DNA of 64,000 bases from a bacterium (lineage in GTDB: Bacteria > SAR324 > NAC60-12), in assembly GCA_965205865.1 (NCBI GenBank), contig CBDBHR010000023.1:32001-96000 (forward strand), given 5' to 3'. The notes below the pieces were generated by a model. It ran no database searches. It saw nothing but the letters and a program-made list of their open reading frames with translations, and had not been told where the DNA came from. This document shows, piece by piece, positions 41,693 through 52,221 of the stretch. The first letter of the stretch is position 1, and each line of letters starts with the position of its first letter. A program made the position numbers and the translations under genes.

Positions 41693-42102
41693 CCTGTAAT
41701 TCTTCCAATTGTGTGAGCAAAATTGGGGGACATGTACACCGCTGCGCATCCCAACTCTACTGTTTTATGCCTGCTGTTACGTGTCCCCTAATTTTGCGTA
41801 TCCATACTTCTAACTTATTTAAATTTCATTCCTTAGTCATCGTGACTCCGACGTCTTGGGCGACCGACTCTTCGGATGACCATAGTTGGCTCATCGTCGA
41901 TGCTGATGGGAGCAAATATCGCAGTCTCGATCCTTTTCTCCAGGATGATCTTGCAAAGAAGGTAGAGGTATTAGGGGGATCACATCAAAAGCATAATTTA
42001 CCGCAGCCGTCCCCGCCACACTTTCGCTCCCAAGCAGGCAAATCCCTTATTGGTTTTCTTCTCGGCAGAACTTCCTCCCATTGATTCCTGGAAACGAGCT
42101 TT

Positions 42103-43098
42103 TCAATATGTATAGCTTTTCAGGTCTAACTCTTTAAATCGGTGACAGGCTACAAAGGCTTCTGGTTTTCCGGGAATTGGTTCAAGCTCAGGTAGTACTT
42201 CTTGGCAAATATCTTTTGCATAGGCGCAACGGGGGTGTAATACACAACCAACCGGTGGATTCGAGGGGTCCGGGATACTGCCTTTTAATAAAATTTCCCG
42301 GGTGCTGCCTGCTTTATATTTTGATATGGCTGCCAATAATGCTTCCGTATATGGATGTCTGGGGTTTTCATAAATATCTTGAGAAGAAGCTATTTCAACA
42401 ATCTTTCCCAAATACATGACGATTATTCTTTCGCTGATATATTTCACGACACCCAAATCGTGGGCGATAAACAGGTAAGATAATTGAAACTCATCCTGAA
42501 GATCCAAAAGCAGATTCAATATTTGAGCTTGAACGGATACATCTAATGCCGAAACAGGCTCGTCACAGACTATGAAATCGGGGTTTATGCTCAGTGCTCT
42601 GGTAATTCCAATACGTTGTCTCTGACCGCCACTGAATTGATGGGGATATTTACGTATATCATGTGCCGATAACCCGACTCTTTCCATCAACTCTTCTGCT
42701 CGCTCTATTCTCTCTTTCTTACTGCCAACGTTATGTATTGCCATCGGTTCGGTCACGATATCCGCAACTTTCATTCTTGAATCCAGCGATGAATAGACAT
42801 CCTGAAACAGCATTTGAAAATGTTTTCTCATACTCTTCATTTCCTTCTTCGGAACTTCAGCGATATCTATAACCTTTCCATTTATATTGAATTCAACACT
42901 TCCCTCTGTCGGTTCATACAACCTGACGATACAACGGCCTACAGTTGTCTTTCCGGATCCACTTTCTCCGACTAATCCGACAGATTCTCCTTTTTTTATA
43001 AAAAAATCCACTCCATTAACGGCCTTGTTATAATTCACAATCTTGTAAAAGAAACCTTTGCGGTTGGGAAAGTACTTTTTAAGACCTCTTACCTGCAA
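42103..43098 (-). CDS. oppF: Oligopeptide-type ABC ATPase (OppF/AppF)
   Basis: GESGSGKT, FSGGQRQR, CDEPVSALD, C-terminal Cys motif; true start may be 43122. Confidence 0.92.
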   Translation of the reverse strand: MQVRGLKKYFPNRKGFFYKIVNYNKAVNGVDFFIKKGESVGLVGESGSGKTTVGRCIVRLYEPTEGSVEFNINGKVIDIAEVPKKEMKSMRKHFQMLFQDVYSSLDSRMKVADIVTEPMAIHNVGSKKERIERAEELMERVGLSAHDIRKYPHQFSGGQRQRIGITRALSINPDFIVCDEPVSALDVSVQAQILNLLLDLQDEFQLSYLFIAHDLGVVKYISERIIVMYLGKIVEIASSQDIYENPRHPYTEALLAAISKYKAGSTREILLKGSIPDPSNPPVGCVLHPRCAYAKDICQEVLPELEPIPGKPEAFVACHRFKELDLKSYTY

Positions 43099-43118
43099 TA
43101 TATTTTCGTTAGGCGTAT

Positions 43119-44132
43119 CTATAACCCCTCCTTGTCATCATATTTCCAACAACTCACAAAATGCCCATCCAGATCAAAAAGCTCCGGGGTTTTCTTTTTA
43201 CAAATTTCCATCGCGACATCACACCTTGGTTCAAAGCTGCATCCTTGCGGGAGCAGGTAAGGATTTGGCACAGACCCTTTAATTGAAGAGAGTCTTCCTT
43301 CCGTTCTGATTTCAGGTCGGGATTTGAATAACGCTTTCGTATAAGGATGCAGAGGTTCTTCAAACAGCTTCCTGGTGTTTGCCTTTTCCACAATTTTACC
43401 AACATACATGACGACGACATCATCCGTCACTTCCCCGATCACACCAAGGTCGTGGGTAATCATCATAAGGGACATTCCCAGTTCTCTTTGAAGGTCTTTT
43501 ATTAAATTCAATATTTCAGCCTCTATGGTAACATCCAGGGCTGTCGTAGGTTCGTCTGCAATAAGTAGATTGGGATTGCATGAAAGTGCTATCGCTATCA
43601 TCACCCTCTGTCTCATCCCTCCACTCAATTGAAAAGGATACTCGTTCGTTCTTTGCTCTGGAGCAGATATTCTCACACGTCGGAGGGCTTCAATTGCAAT
43701 TTCTTTTGCCCTTCTTTTATCCACTTTTTGATGCAATCGTATTGCTTCCATCAGTTGCTGGCCTATTTTGTACACGGGATTCAGGGACATCATGGGTTCC
43801 TGAAAAATCATTGCAATCTCATTTCCCCTCGTGTTACGGATTTGTTTACTATGAATCCCCAATTTTGCAATATCAATACGACTATCGCCATCGGGATAAT
43901 AATATATATTCCCGCTTTCAATCTTACCTTCCGGTTGTGGATGTAGAAGCATAAGAGACAAAGCTGTGATGGTTTTCCCGCATCCGCTTTCACCAACGAT
44001 GCCAAGAGATTTCCCTTTTTCTATTTGAAAACTGAGCCCGTCAATTGCTCTGACAGTTCCCTGCTCAATATGGAAATACACTTTTAAGTCTCTTACATCT
44101 AATAAAACATTTTCCTTTTTCAATTCGTTCAT
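43119..44132 (-). CDS. oppD: Oligopeptide-type ABC ATPase (OppD/DppD)
   Basis: GESGCGKT, LSGGMRQR, ADEPTTALD. Confidence 0.92.
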   Translation of the reverse strand: MNELKKENVLLDVRDLKVYFHIEQGTVRAIDGLSFQIEKGKSLGIVGESGCGKTITALSLMLLHPQPEGKIESGNIYYYPDGDSRIDIAKLGIHSKQIRNTRGNEIAMIFQEPMMSLNPVYKIGQQLMEAIRLHQKVDKRRAKEIAIEALRRVRISAPEQRTNEYPFQLSGGMRQRVMIAIALSCNPNLLIADEPTTALDVTIEAEILNLIKDLQRELGMSLMMITHDLGVIGEVTDDVVVMYVGKIVEKANTRKLFEEPLHPYTKALFKSRPEIRTEGRLSSIKGSVPNPYLLPQGCSFEPRCDVAMEICKKKTPELFDLDGHFVSCWKYDDKEGL

Positions 44133-44171
44133 CCTTTCAAAACAGGAAGCGATTTTTAAAACATCAGAAAA

Positions 44172-45287
44172 TTAATCGGAATAGGGATCATAAACATCTC
44201 TTAAAGCATCTCCGATAAAATTGAAACAAAGAACTGAGATTACAATTATTCCTGCAGGACTTATCAACCATGGATAATGCTTTAATGTCTGCACTTCTCT
44301 AAGCTTGGTCAAGAGAAGACCCCAGCTTGTCATTGGCGGTTTTATACCCAGACCTAAAAAACTCAATGCCGCTTCACCTATGATCATCATTGGTATACTC
44401 AAGGTGGCAATAACGATGATATGACTCAAAACGTTCGGTATGATATGTTTTATAATAATTCTGCCCGTACCGGCACCGGATACTTCTGCAGCATAAATAT
44501 AATCCGATCGTCGAATGGCCAACACTTTCCCTCTGAGCTCTCTTGCCAGACCGGTCCAACTGATAAATCCAAATATAATGACGATTCCTAAATAGACATA
44601 TGTAGAGGGCCATTCCTTGGGTATTATCGCTGCAAGCGCCATCCAGAGAGCTATTTGCGGAATGATCCTGAAGATCTCGATGATCCTTTGAAGAATATTG
44701 TCAACCCAGCCACCAAAGTATCCGGAAATTGTTCCCACAATTGTCCCGATAGTAACCAAGATAATGACTCCGATGATCCCAATCGACAGCGAAATTCTCC
44801 CGCCAAAGATAATCCTTGTTAACAAATCCCTCCCAATGATATCGGTTCCCAGCAAAAACAATTTTCCTTCTCCGACTCCAAATAAGTGAATGTCACTTTT
44901 GATGAATCCTAACATGGTATATTCTTCACCATGAACAAAAAAATTGAGAAAATCTTTCTGGTTTACATCATCTTTATAAATAAACCTGAGGGTTTTCGGA
45001 TCCCTTGCAGCGATTTGTCTATACATGAATGGCCGGAAGTAAAATTCACCTTCTCTGCCGACAAACCGGATTTTTGTAATCTGTGGGGATGCGTATACAA
45101 AGTATGTATGGTTAGTAAGCATCCCATAGGGAGCAAAAAAATCGGCAAATACGACGACTATGTACAAAATCATCAGAATGATCGCTGAAGCAACAGCAAC
45201 TCTGTGCTTAAAAAATCTCCGCCACATGAGTTGCCCTTCAGACAGAACTATATATTCTTCATTTTCTTGATATTTTTTTAAGAACAC
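44172..45287 (-). CDS. oppC: ABC permease OppC type
   Basis: LGTDIIGRD, HIIPN, GDALRD. Confidence 0.9.
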   Translation of the reverse strand: MFLKKYQENEEYIVLSEGQLMWRRFFKHRVAVASAIILMILYIVVVFADFFAPYGMLTNHTYFVYASPQITKIRFVGREGEFYFRPFMYRQIAARDPKTLRFIYKDDVNQKDFLNFFVHGEEYTMLGFIKSDIHLFGVGEGKLFLLGTDIIGRDLLTRIIFGGRISLSIGIIGVIILVTIGTIVGTISGYFGGWVDNILQRIIEIFRIIPQIALWMALAAIIPKEWPSTYVYLGIVIIFGFISWTGLARELRGKVLAIRRSDYIYAAEVSGAGTGRIIIKHIIPNVLSHIIVIATLSIPMMIIGEAALSFLGLGIKPPMTSWGLLLTKLREVQTLKHYPWLISPAGIIVISVLCFNFIGDALRDVYDPYSD

Positions 45288-45301
45288 GGTAGGGAAGTTC
45301 C

Positions 45302-46306
45302 TTATATTAATTCAAATCTAATACGAGGATCTGTCAGGGCAAGGACGACATCGGCAATTAAATTACCAATGACGAGGATAACTGAAATAACCAATAAGAT
45401 GGTACCAGCCAAATACATATCCTGAGAAATTAATGAATCGTAAAACAGTGGACCAATCGTGTTCAAATTCAACACAATAGAAACAAGCATTTCAGTAGCG
45501 ATAATCTCGGGAAGATATACGCCAATCCTGCTGATTATGGGATTGATCGCTATTCTTGAAGCATGTTTCCATTGAACGACTGGCTCTGATAGCCCTTTGG
45601 CTCTTGCAGTTTGTATGAAGGGTTGTTTGAGAACATCCAACATATTGCCCCTCATTATACGCATGGTGTTTGAGGTTTGCGCAACGCCAATTGCAATGAT
45701 TGGCGCAGGAAGATGCTTTAAAAAATCAATAGTTTTTGCCATGTCCCAAGGAGCTCCAATAAATTCATTGGAGTATAAACGACCGACGTATGAGGAATCC
45801 ATCCAGAATATTGATATGGCAATGATAAGTACCGCGAGTATAAATCCGGGAATAGCGATACCAATAAAAGCAATAAAGGTTAATAAATAATCCAACAGAC
45901 TGTACTTATGCGTGGCTGAGTACAACCCTATCGGTAAAGCGATCATCAGCGCGAAAAACAATGCACAAAGATTTATAAAGATCGTCATGGGAAGTCTTTC
46001 CTTTAAAAGATCTGCGACAGATGTGCCCTGCAGTGACATCGCAATACCAAAATCTCCTTCAGGAAAGCCTTTCACCCATTTCCAATACTGAATCCAAAAA
46101 GGTTGACCCAGACCATATTTTTGTCTCAGCATTTCTATAAGATCTTTGGAGACACTCCCCCCTCCAGTCATCGTTGCGCGCGCAGCATACGCATCCGCAT
46201 AGTCACCAGGAGGCAACTGAATTATACCAAAACAGATCACTGAGATTATGATGATGACCGGTATTGATATTAAAATTCTTCTCAGCGTGTAGGTCAATAT
46301 GCCCAT
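45302..46306 (-). CDS. oppB: ABC permease OppB type
   Basis: LPPGD, TARAKGL, DPRIR. Confidence 0.9.
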   Translation of the reverse strand: MGILTYTLRRILISIPVIIIISVICFGIIQLPPGDYADAYAARATMTGGGSVSKDLIEMLRQKYGLGQPFWIQYWKWVKGFPEGDFGIAMSLQGTSVADLLKERLPMTIFINLCALFFALMIALPIGLYSATHKYSLLDYLLTFIAFIGIAIPGFILAVLIIAISIFWMDSSYVGRLYSNEFIGAPWDMAKTIDFLKHLPAPIIAIGVAQTSNTMRIMRGNMLDVLKQPFIQTARAKGLSEPVVQWKHASRIAINPIISRIGVYLPEIIATEMLVSIVLNLNTIGPLFYDSLISQDMYLAGTILLVISVILVIGNLIADVVLALTDPRIRFELI

Positions 46307-46492
46307 TGCGGTATATTTACTCTTTAGATCTTTCTACTATAATCAGGACTCCTTACATACTGTAATTCATCAGGTATTTACTCAACCGTGTAACGATATT
46401 GATAGAGGGTGGTGAATTTAAATCACGTTTCGAAGTTAAAAAAAACACCATAAATATTTTATAATATGCTGACATAAGATAAACGACATGGA

Positions 46493-46525
46493 TCCGGGAA
46501 GCGGTACGTTGCGCCACTTCCCGGA
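46493..46525 (-). terminator. Stem-loop downstream of the SBP gene
   Basis: tccgggaag.gg / cc.cttcccgga inverted repeat. Confidence 0.5.
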
Positions 46526-46545
46526 AAATTTCCCACTTCTCTTAA

Positions 46546-48396
46546 TTAGGGCCTGTTCGCAGGATGTTTCGCATAGACTTGCATATATCTGAATGGGGGA
46601 TCAAAGTTTCCATATTCCTGGACTCTTGTTGACTCCAAGACCATGTTTCCAAGTCTGTTTGAATTAATGAAAGGACGTTTGCGGACACCGACATGTATCA
46701 TAAATACATTTTCAGCCATAATTCTATTCGCCTCTTTTCCCAGTTTTATACCCTCTTCGATACTTGCGATACTAGCCGTTCTCAGTATTCGGGTAAATTC
46801 ATCGAATTCCGGGGAAAATCCTCCCGTCATATGCGCCTCTTTATGGAAGAATGGAGAACCCGTGTCGGTAGGAACCCACCTATCCACTGCAAGAAGTGGT
46901 TCATTGTAGTTTTCAAAATCCGAAGTAGATATTTCAAAATTTCCTGCATATAAATTTGTGGTGTGAAGAGTCTGGTGGGTTTCATTCAGAATCAAATTAA
47001 TGCCCACTTCTTTAACAGTAGCAACAATTATTTCCGACATTGGAGTAAAGAGATCATGGGCGTACATATCCCAAATCAGTTCCAATTTCTCGCCGGTTGG
47101 AAGTTCTCTGATGCCATCACCATCTCGATCCACAATATTGGCGTCGTTCAGTATCTGTCGCGCCCTATCGGGATCATATTCGGAGTACAGGTATCCATAC
47201 TTCTCGTCAAAATATGGAGAATCAGGAGCCCATGAACAACCTATTGGCGTCATCAGATCAAATGCCAAGCTTCTTGATATGGTCGGTCTATCGATTGCCA
47301 GAGAGAGTGCTCGTCTGAAATTTACATCTCTTTGGACAGCCCTGGCTTCAGCATCCTCGGCATCAAAATTAAAACTTATTTTCATGCCAGGAGCATTTGA
47401 AAAACCGATAGAATAGTCTCTACCCGGTTTACCTTGTTCTTCCAGCCACATCGAATAGTGTGGATAACCCGTCCACATATGATCATGATCATATTCTCCA
47501 GTCATGTTGCCTAAACCAACGGCGGGTCTGTCACCAGCGACCAATATCTCAAATTCATCAAAATAGGGGAGCTGGTTTCCATCGGGGTCAACCTTCCAGT
47601 AATATGGATTTCTTGTCATATGCAGTTTTTCGTCAGGCACATATTCATCGACTACCCAGGCATTCAGAGTGACTCGGCCACCTTCGGAATCGACACCGAG
47701 AATCTTTATTTTTTCATTCAGTGTTTCGTAATCGGAATCCGGGTTATACTTTGGGTGCCACTGGGAGAAATGATGTTTAGGCAACGCGGCCCAGGTGACA
47801 TTCGAATATTTTTTCTCAAAAAGAAAAGCTTTGTCATCATACTCGAACTTTAGCGTGTAATCGTCAACTTTCATGAGAAGAGGAAAATTTCCATTTGCGT
47901 CATAAAAGTTTCCTTCATAGAACCATACATAGGCGACATTATCGTCATCAACTATATCTTCCATGAAGAAAACAACGTCATCCGCAGTAAATGGCATACC
48001 ATCCGACCATTTGATCCCTTTTCTCAGGTTTATGATTAACTCGGTGCCATCGTCGTTCCAATCCCAGGACTCTGCAAGATTGGGCAGTATTGGCCCTTCA
48101 GCAGGAAATGGATAGGTAAATTGAAAAAATCCATTTCTGTCAACCCGGACCGGAAGTCTCTCGTCGTCCAGAAAGAATGCGGTACCGAGAACCAATTTAT
48201 CACCATATGTTCCAATTTCACTTACCGGTACCTCGACTAACGGATTTTCCGGCAACCTCTCCTCAAGAGGCGGCAACTCGCCTGCTTTAACCATTTCAGC
48301 CAGCATCGGCGCTTCCCCGGCAAAAATGGAAGATGCTGAAAAAACAAAACCAATCATAAATACCACACCCGTAATTTTTCTCATTATTCTACTCAT
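46546..48396 (-). CDS. Family-5 ABC substrate-binding protein (oligosaccharide/peptide type)
   Basis: EAPMLAEMVKAGELPPLEERLPENP N-terminus, KWSDG, RNPYYWKVD. Confidence 0.9.
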   Translation of the reverse strand: MSRIMRKITGVVFMIGFVFSASSIFAGEAPMLAEMVKAGELPPLEERLPENPLVEVPVSEIGTYGDKLVLGTAFFLDDERLPVRVDRNGFFQFTYPFPAEGPILPNLAESWDWNDDGTELIINLRKGIKWSDGMPFTADDVVFFMEDIVDDDNVAYVWFYEGNFYDANGNFPLLMKVDDYTLKFEYDDKAFLFEKKYSNVTWAALPKHHFSQWHPKYNPDSDYETLNEKIKILGVDSEGGRVTLNAWVVDEYVPDEKLHMTRNPYYWKVDPDGNQLPYFDEFEILVAGDRPAVGLGNMTGEYDHDHMWTGYPHYSMWLEEQGKPGRDYSIGFSNAPGMKISFNFDAEDAEARAVQRDVNFRRALSLAIDRPTISRSLAFDLMTPIGCSWAPDSPYFDEKYGYLYSEYDPDRARQILNDANIVDRDGDGIRELPTGEKLELIWDMYAHDLFTPMSEIIVATVKEVGINLILNETHQTLHTTNLYAGNFEISTSDFENYNEPLLAVDRWVPTDTGSPFFHKEAHMTGGFSPEFDEFTRILRTASIASIEEGIKLGKEANRIMAENVFMIHVGVRKRPFINSNRLGNMVLESTRVQEYGNFDPPFRYMQVYAKHPANRP

Positions 48397-48549
48397 ATTT
48401 TCACCTTTTGATTTAATGTTATAAAACAAAGATAGATTCAAACCGGAACAAAATTTACTGGAAGAAGCGAAATAAATCAAGAAAAATTCTGGAAGTCGGC
48501 GAAATGTTGTCAGGTCAAAGCGGATTGTATTGAAGAAGGTGCTGGCGTA

Positions 48550-50541
48550 TCAGGCATCAGGTACAATTTCTATCAGTAATTCATTGGCAGCAACTTGTGT
48601 TCCTGCGTCCACATAGATTGCCTGCACGGTTCCCTCGATTTCCGCCAAAATTTCATGTTGTATTTTCATCGCTTCCAATAGGGCGAGACAAGTTCCGATT
48701 TCGACATGATCGCCCAATTCGACAAAGATCTCAAACAGGGCTCCATGCATGGGAGCGACAATATGTCCGCTCCCATCGATTCTTTTTCCGGAAGCAGGAA
48801 AGGCAATCTCATTGCGAAAACGAAATGTTTCGCCTGCGAGTGAAATATGAATGACACCTGCAGAGGGTGCTGAATAGTTGACATCTCGTCGACACCCGTC
48901 AATGCTCAAGCGTGCGACGCCTTCAGCAAACGTCAAGAGTTTGATGGAAAGCGAGGAATCTACTCCGCGAATTTGATAACCCTCTCGAGTCTCGGGTGAA
49001 ACAGTCAGCTCAACACGCTCTCCGTTTGAGAAATAAACATACTGGGTGAGGAGTCGACCGCCATTGGACCAATTCAATAACTCGGAAGAGACGCGCACAC
49101 ATTCTTCCAAGGCGCATTGACGTTCAATGCAGTATTGGAGAAGCGCCGCTGTCGCCATCGATTCAAAGTCAGGTTGGGGATTTGCCAAGTCTTCGGGGCT
49201 CAATTCTTCTGCGATGAATGCCGTTGTTACCTCACCCTTGGCAAACGCCTCTTTGTTCAAAAGCATGCTCAAAAAACTCTTATTCGTGATTAAACCGAAG
49301 ATCTCAGTATGCTCGAGAGCATTGATCAAGCGATGACGGGCAAGTTCCCGGGTTTCCCCCCAAGCAATCACTTTGGCAAGCATCGGATCATAAAAAGGTG
49401 AAATTTCCTGACCCGTTTGAATACCGGAATCGATCCGGATTCCAATTCCTTCGGCAGGCCGCCAATGATCAATGGTGCCTGCGCAAGGCAAAAAGGCTTG
49501 TGCGGGATCTTCCGCATAAAGACGACCTTCAATGGCATGCCCCGCATACGCGACATCGGCTTGGGTCAATTCCAGGGGGAGACCTTCCGCGATTTGAATC
49601 TGCAAGGCTACCAAATCCAGCTTCGTGATCATTTCGGTTACCGGGTGCTCCACTTGAAGGCGGGTATTCATTTCGAGAAAGTAAAAATTTCCTTCCTCAT
49701 CCAGAAGAAATTCGATAGTGCCCACGCCCTTGTATTTTATGCTGCGCGCGGCCTCAACCGCAGCTGCTCCCATTTGTGCTCTCAGTTCATCGGTCATTAC
49801 CGGACAGGGCGCTTCTTCCACTACTTTTTGATACCTGCGTTGTATCGAACAATCGCGCTCCCCCAAATGGATGACGTTTCCATGATTGTCTGCCACTATT
49901 TGAAATTCGACATGACGGGGGCGCAAGATCGCCTTTTCCAAAATTAACTCATGCGAGCCAAAAGCGTTCAAGACTTCAGAACGAGCCGCAGTCAAAGCCA
50001 TTGGTAAATCTTCTGCGCGCTCTACCAGCCTCATTCCCCGCCCTCCACCGCCAGCAGCCGCTTTCACCATCAAAGGACAGCCAATCTCGTTCGCAACGGA
50101 AGACATCGTAGTATCGGATTGATCGGCATCGAAATACCCGGGCAGACAAGGTATCCCGGCCGCAATCATACGCCGTTTGGCCTCTGCTTTATTGCCCATC
50201 AACTCAATCGCATCGGCACCTGGTCCGATGAACACAAGCCCTGCCTGCTCGCATGCTCTCGCAAATTCGGCGTTTTCCGATAAGAATCCATAACCGGGAT
50301 GAATGGCTTCCGCACCCGTTTGCCGGGCGGCTTTCAGTATTCGTTTGATATTGAGGTAGGATGCCGCAATGGGAGGCGGACCAAGCAACGCCGCATCGTC
50401 AGCTATTTGCGCATGAGGCGCTGTGGCATCGGCTTCCGAATAAACAGCGATGGTTCGGAAACTCAACGATCGAGCTGTTTTGACGATACGGACTGCAATT
50501 TCTCCTCTATTGGCAACCAAGATGCTGTTAAAAGCTCTCAT
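48550..50541 (-). CDS. atuF: Acyl-CoA carboxylase biotin carboxylase/carrier subunit (geranyl-CoA carboxylase alpha-like)
   Basis: ANRGEIA, HPGYGFLSEN, EMNTRLQVEHP, EAMK biotinyl site; context with atuA/atuC. Confidence 0.8.
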   Translation of the reverse strand: MRAFNSILVANRGEIAVRIVKTARSLSFRTIAVYSEADATAPHAQIADDAALLGPPPIAASYLNIKRILKAARQTGAEAIHPGYGFLSENAEFARACEQAGLVFIGPGADAIELMGNKAEAKRRMIAAGIPCLPGYFDADQSDTTMSSVANEIGCPLMVKAAAGGGGRGMRLVERAEDLPMALTAARSEVLNAFGSHELILEKAILRPRHVEFQIVADNHGNVIHLGERDCSIQRRYQKVVEEAPCPVMTDELRAQMGAAAVEAARSIKYKGVGTIEFLLDEEGNFYFLEMNTRLQVEHPVTEMITKLDLVALQIQIAEGLPLELTQADVAYAGHAIEGRLYAEDPAQAFLPCAGTIDHWRPAEGIGIRIDSGIQTGQEISPFYDPMLAKVIAWGETRELARHRLINALEHTEIFGLITNKSFLSMLLNKEAFAKGEVTTAFIAEELSPEDLANPQPDFESMATAALLQYCIERQCALEECVRVSSELLNWSNGGRLLTQYVYFSNGERVELTVSPETREGYQIRGVDSSLSIKLLTFAEGVARLSIDGCRRDVNYSAPSAGVIHISLAGETFRFRNEIAFPASGKRIDGSGHIVAPMHGALFEIFVELGDHVEIGTCLALLEAMKIQHEILAEIEGTVQAIYVDAGTQVAANELLIEIVPDA

Positions 50542-50598
50542 TTGTTGTTGACCTCTTTATTAATTTCGGTCCTCGGGTGAAGAATTGTACCGGTCGAG

Positions 50599-52221
50599 TC
50601 AGAGGCGAGCTACGCCGAAACAGTTGGGTTGCACTGTTCGGCGTCGTGCTTCCCAGCAGGTGTCCAAGGCAAATCCAATTACTTTTCGTGTATCGCGGGG
50701 ATCAATCACGCCCTGGTCCAGCATGTGCCCGGAGGTGTAGAAGGCATCCGATTGGGAGTCGTAATGTTGGATCAATCGATCCTTTTGGGTTCGAAGCGCT
50801 TCTTCATCCACACGCTCACCCCGCCGTTCCGCGGAGCCCCGCATGACTTGATCCATGGTGAGCGCCGCTTGCTCTCCTCCCATCACTCCCGTCTTAGCAT
50901 TGGGCCAGGTGAACAAAAAATCAGGCTGATAGGCGAGGCCACACATACCATAATTCCCCGCACCAAAGCTTGCTCCGATATAAATCGTAATTTTGGGCAC
51001 GCGGGCGTTGGAGACGGCTTGGATCATTTTCGAACCGTGCTTGATCATCCCGTCTTGTTCATAAACTTTCCCTACCATGTAACCGGTGGTGTTGTTGAGA
51101 AAAATCAGAGGAATATTGGCCTGATCGCAAAGTTGGATAAAATGCCCGGCCTTGGTGGCGCCATCGGGATCAATCGGCCCATTGTTGCCAAGAATGCCAC
51201 AAACTTGACCAAATACATAGGTTTGCAGACAAACGGTGGAGGGGCCGTAGCGTGGTTTGAAATCCTCGAAATCAGAACCATCCACCAAACGGATAACCAC
51301 TTCACGCACATCATAGGGCTTTCGATAATCGATGGGCACGACCCCAGCAATTTCATCAGGATCATAAAGTGGCTGCCGAAATTTTTTTCGTGGAGATTTC
51401 GGACAGTGATCATTCCATCCCAATCGTTTCACCATATCTCGCGCGATCAACAGACCATGGGCATCATCCTCTGCCAAGTATTCCACCGACCCGGTGACAG
51501 TGGCATGCATTTCGGAGCCGGCAAGTTCTTCTTCATCCGAGATTTCCCCAGTGGCCGCTTTAACCAAGGCTGCCCCTCCCAGTGAAGCACGTCCCCGTCC
51601 CCTGATCCCAATCACGTAATCACTCATTCCCGGCATGTAGGCCCCTCCTGCAGTGGAAGGGCCATGCAGTATCACGAATGTCGGGATTCCGGCGGCACTC
51701 AATCTCGCAAGACCGAAGAAGAGTCCGCCTCCATGCGCCCATTGACTGACTTCATACTTCATCAAGTTAGCCCCTGCACTTTCAACCAGGTGGACAAAAG
51801 GCAATTTCTTTTCAAGAGAAATTTTGAGACAAGCTCTGCCCTTCTCCCCGGATTTTGCGGTCGATGCCCCCGCATTGATGCCACTGTCATTGACGCAAAT
51901 CATGCAACGGACACCGCTGACAAATCCAATGCCGGCAAGAGAACTGGCGCCAGGGATGCTTTTTTCCCGGTCCTTTATCTCCACCATATAATTGGCAATA
52001 CCGTAGAGTTCCAGAAATGGCATGCCAGGATCAAGTATGCGTGACAACCGTTCCCGCGGTGTCAGTTGTCCACGCTCTTCAAAGCGGAGACGTCGCCTTT
52101 CGGAAACTAGTTCTGCCCGCTTTTTCAGGGTGTGAAGTTCTTCGACCAATGAAAGCATTTCCTTGCGGTTTGTGGCAAAGGAGTCACTTTTCACGTTAAT
52201 TTTGCTCACAAAAATGCTCAT
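50599..52221 (-). CDS. atuC: Acyl-CoA carboxylase carboxyltransferase (geranyl-CoA carboxylase beta-like)
   Basis: VESAGANL, TAGGAY, GASFGAGNYGM, IDPRDTR. Confidence 0.82.
   Translation of the reverse strand: MSIFVSKINVKSDSFATNRKEMLSLVEELHTLKKRAELVSERRRLRFEERGQLTPRERLSRILDPGMPFLELYGIANYMVEIKDREKSIPGASSLAGIGFVSGVRCMICVNDSGINAGASTAKSGEKGRACLKISLEKKLPFVHLVESAGANLMKYEVSQWAHGGGLFFGLARLSAAGIPTFVILHGPSTAGGAYMPGMSDYVIGIRGRGRASLGGAALVKAATGEISDEEELAGSEMHATVTGSVEYLAEDDAHGLLIARDMVKRLGWNDHCPKSPRKKFRQPLYDPDEIAGVVPIDYRKPYDVREVVIRLVDGSDFEDFKPRYGPSTVCLQTYVFGQVCGILGNNGPIDPDGATKAGHFIQLCDQANIPLIFLNNTTGYMVGKVYEQDGMIKHGSKMIQAVSNARVPKITIYIGASFGAGNYGMCGLAYQPDFLFTWPNAKTGVMGGEQAALTMDQVMRGSAERRGERVDEEALRTQKDRLIQHYDSQSDAFYTSGHMLDQGVIDPRDTRKVIGFALDTCWEARRRTVQPNCFGVARL

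Noticed and set aside
41713-42084. 123-aa plus-strand ORF or a minus-strand gene relic
   Set aside because: No motif I can support in any frame.
50629-51585. Long antisense ORFs (this one, 27013-27876, 15077-15793 and others)
   Set aside because: Shadows of well-supported genes on the opposite strand.
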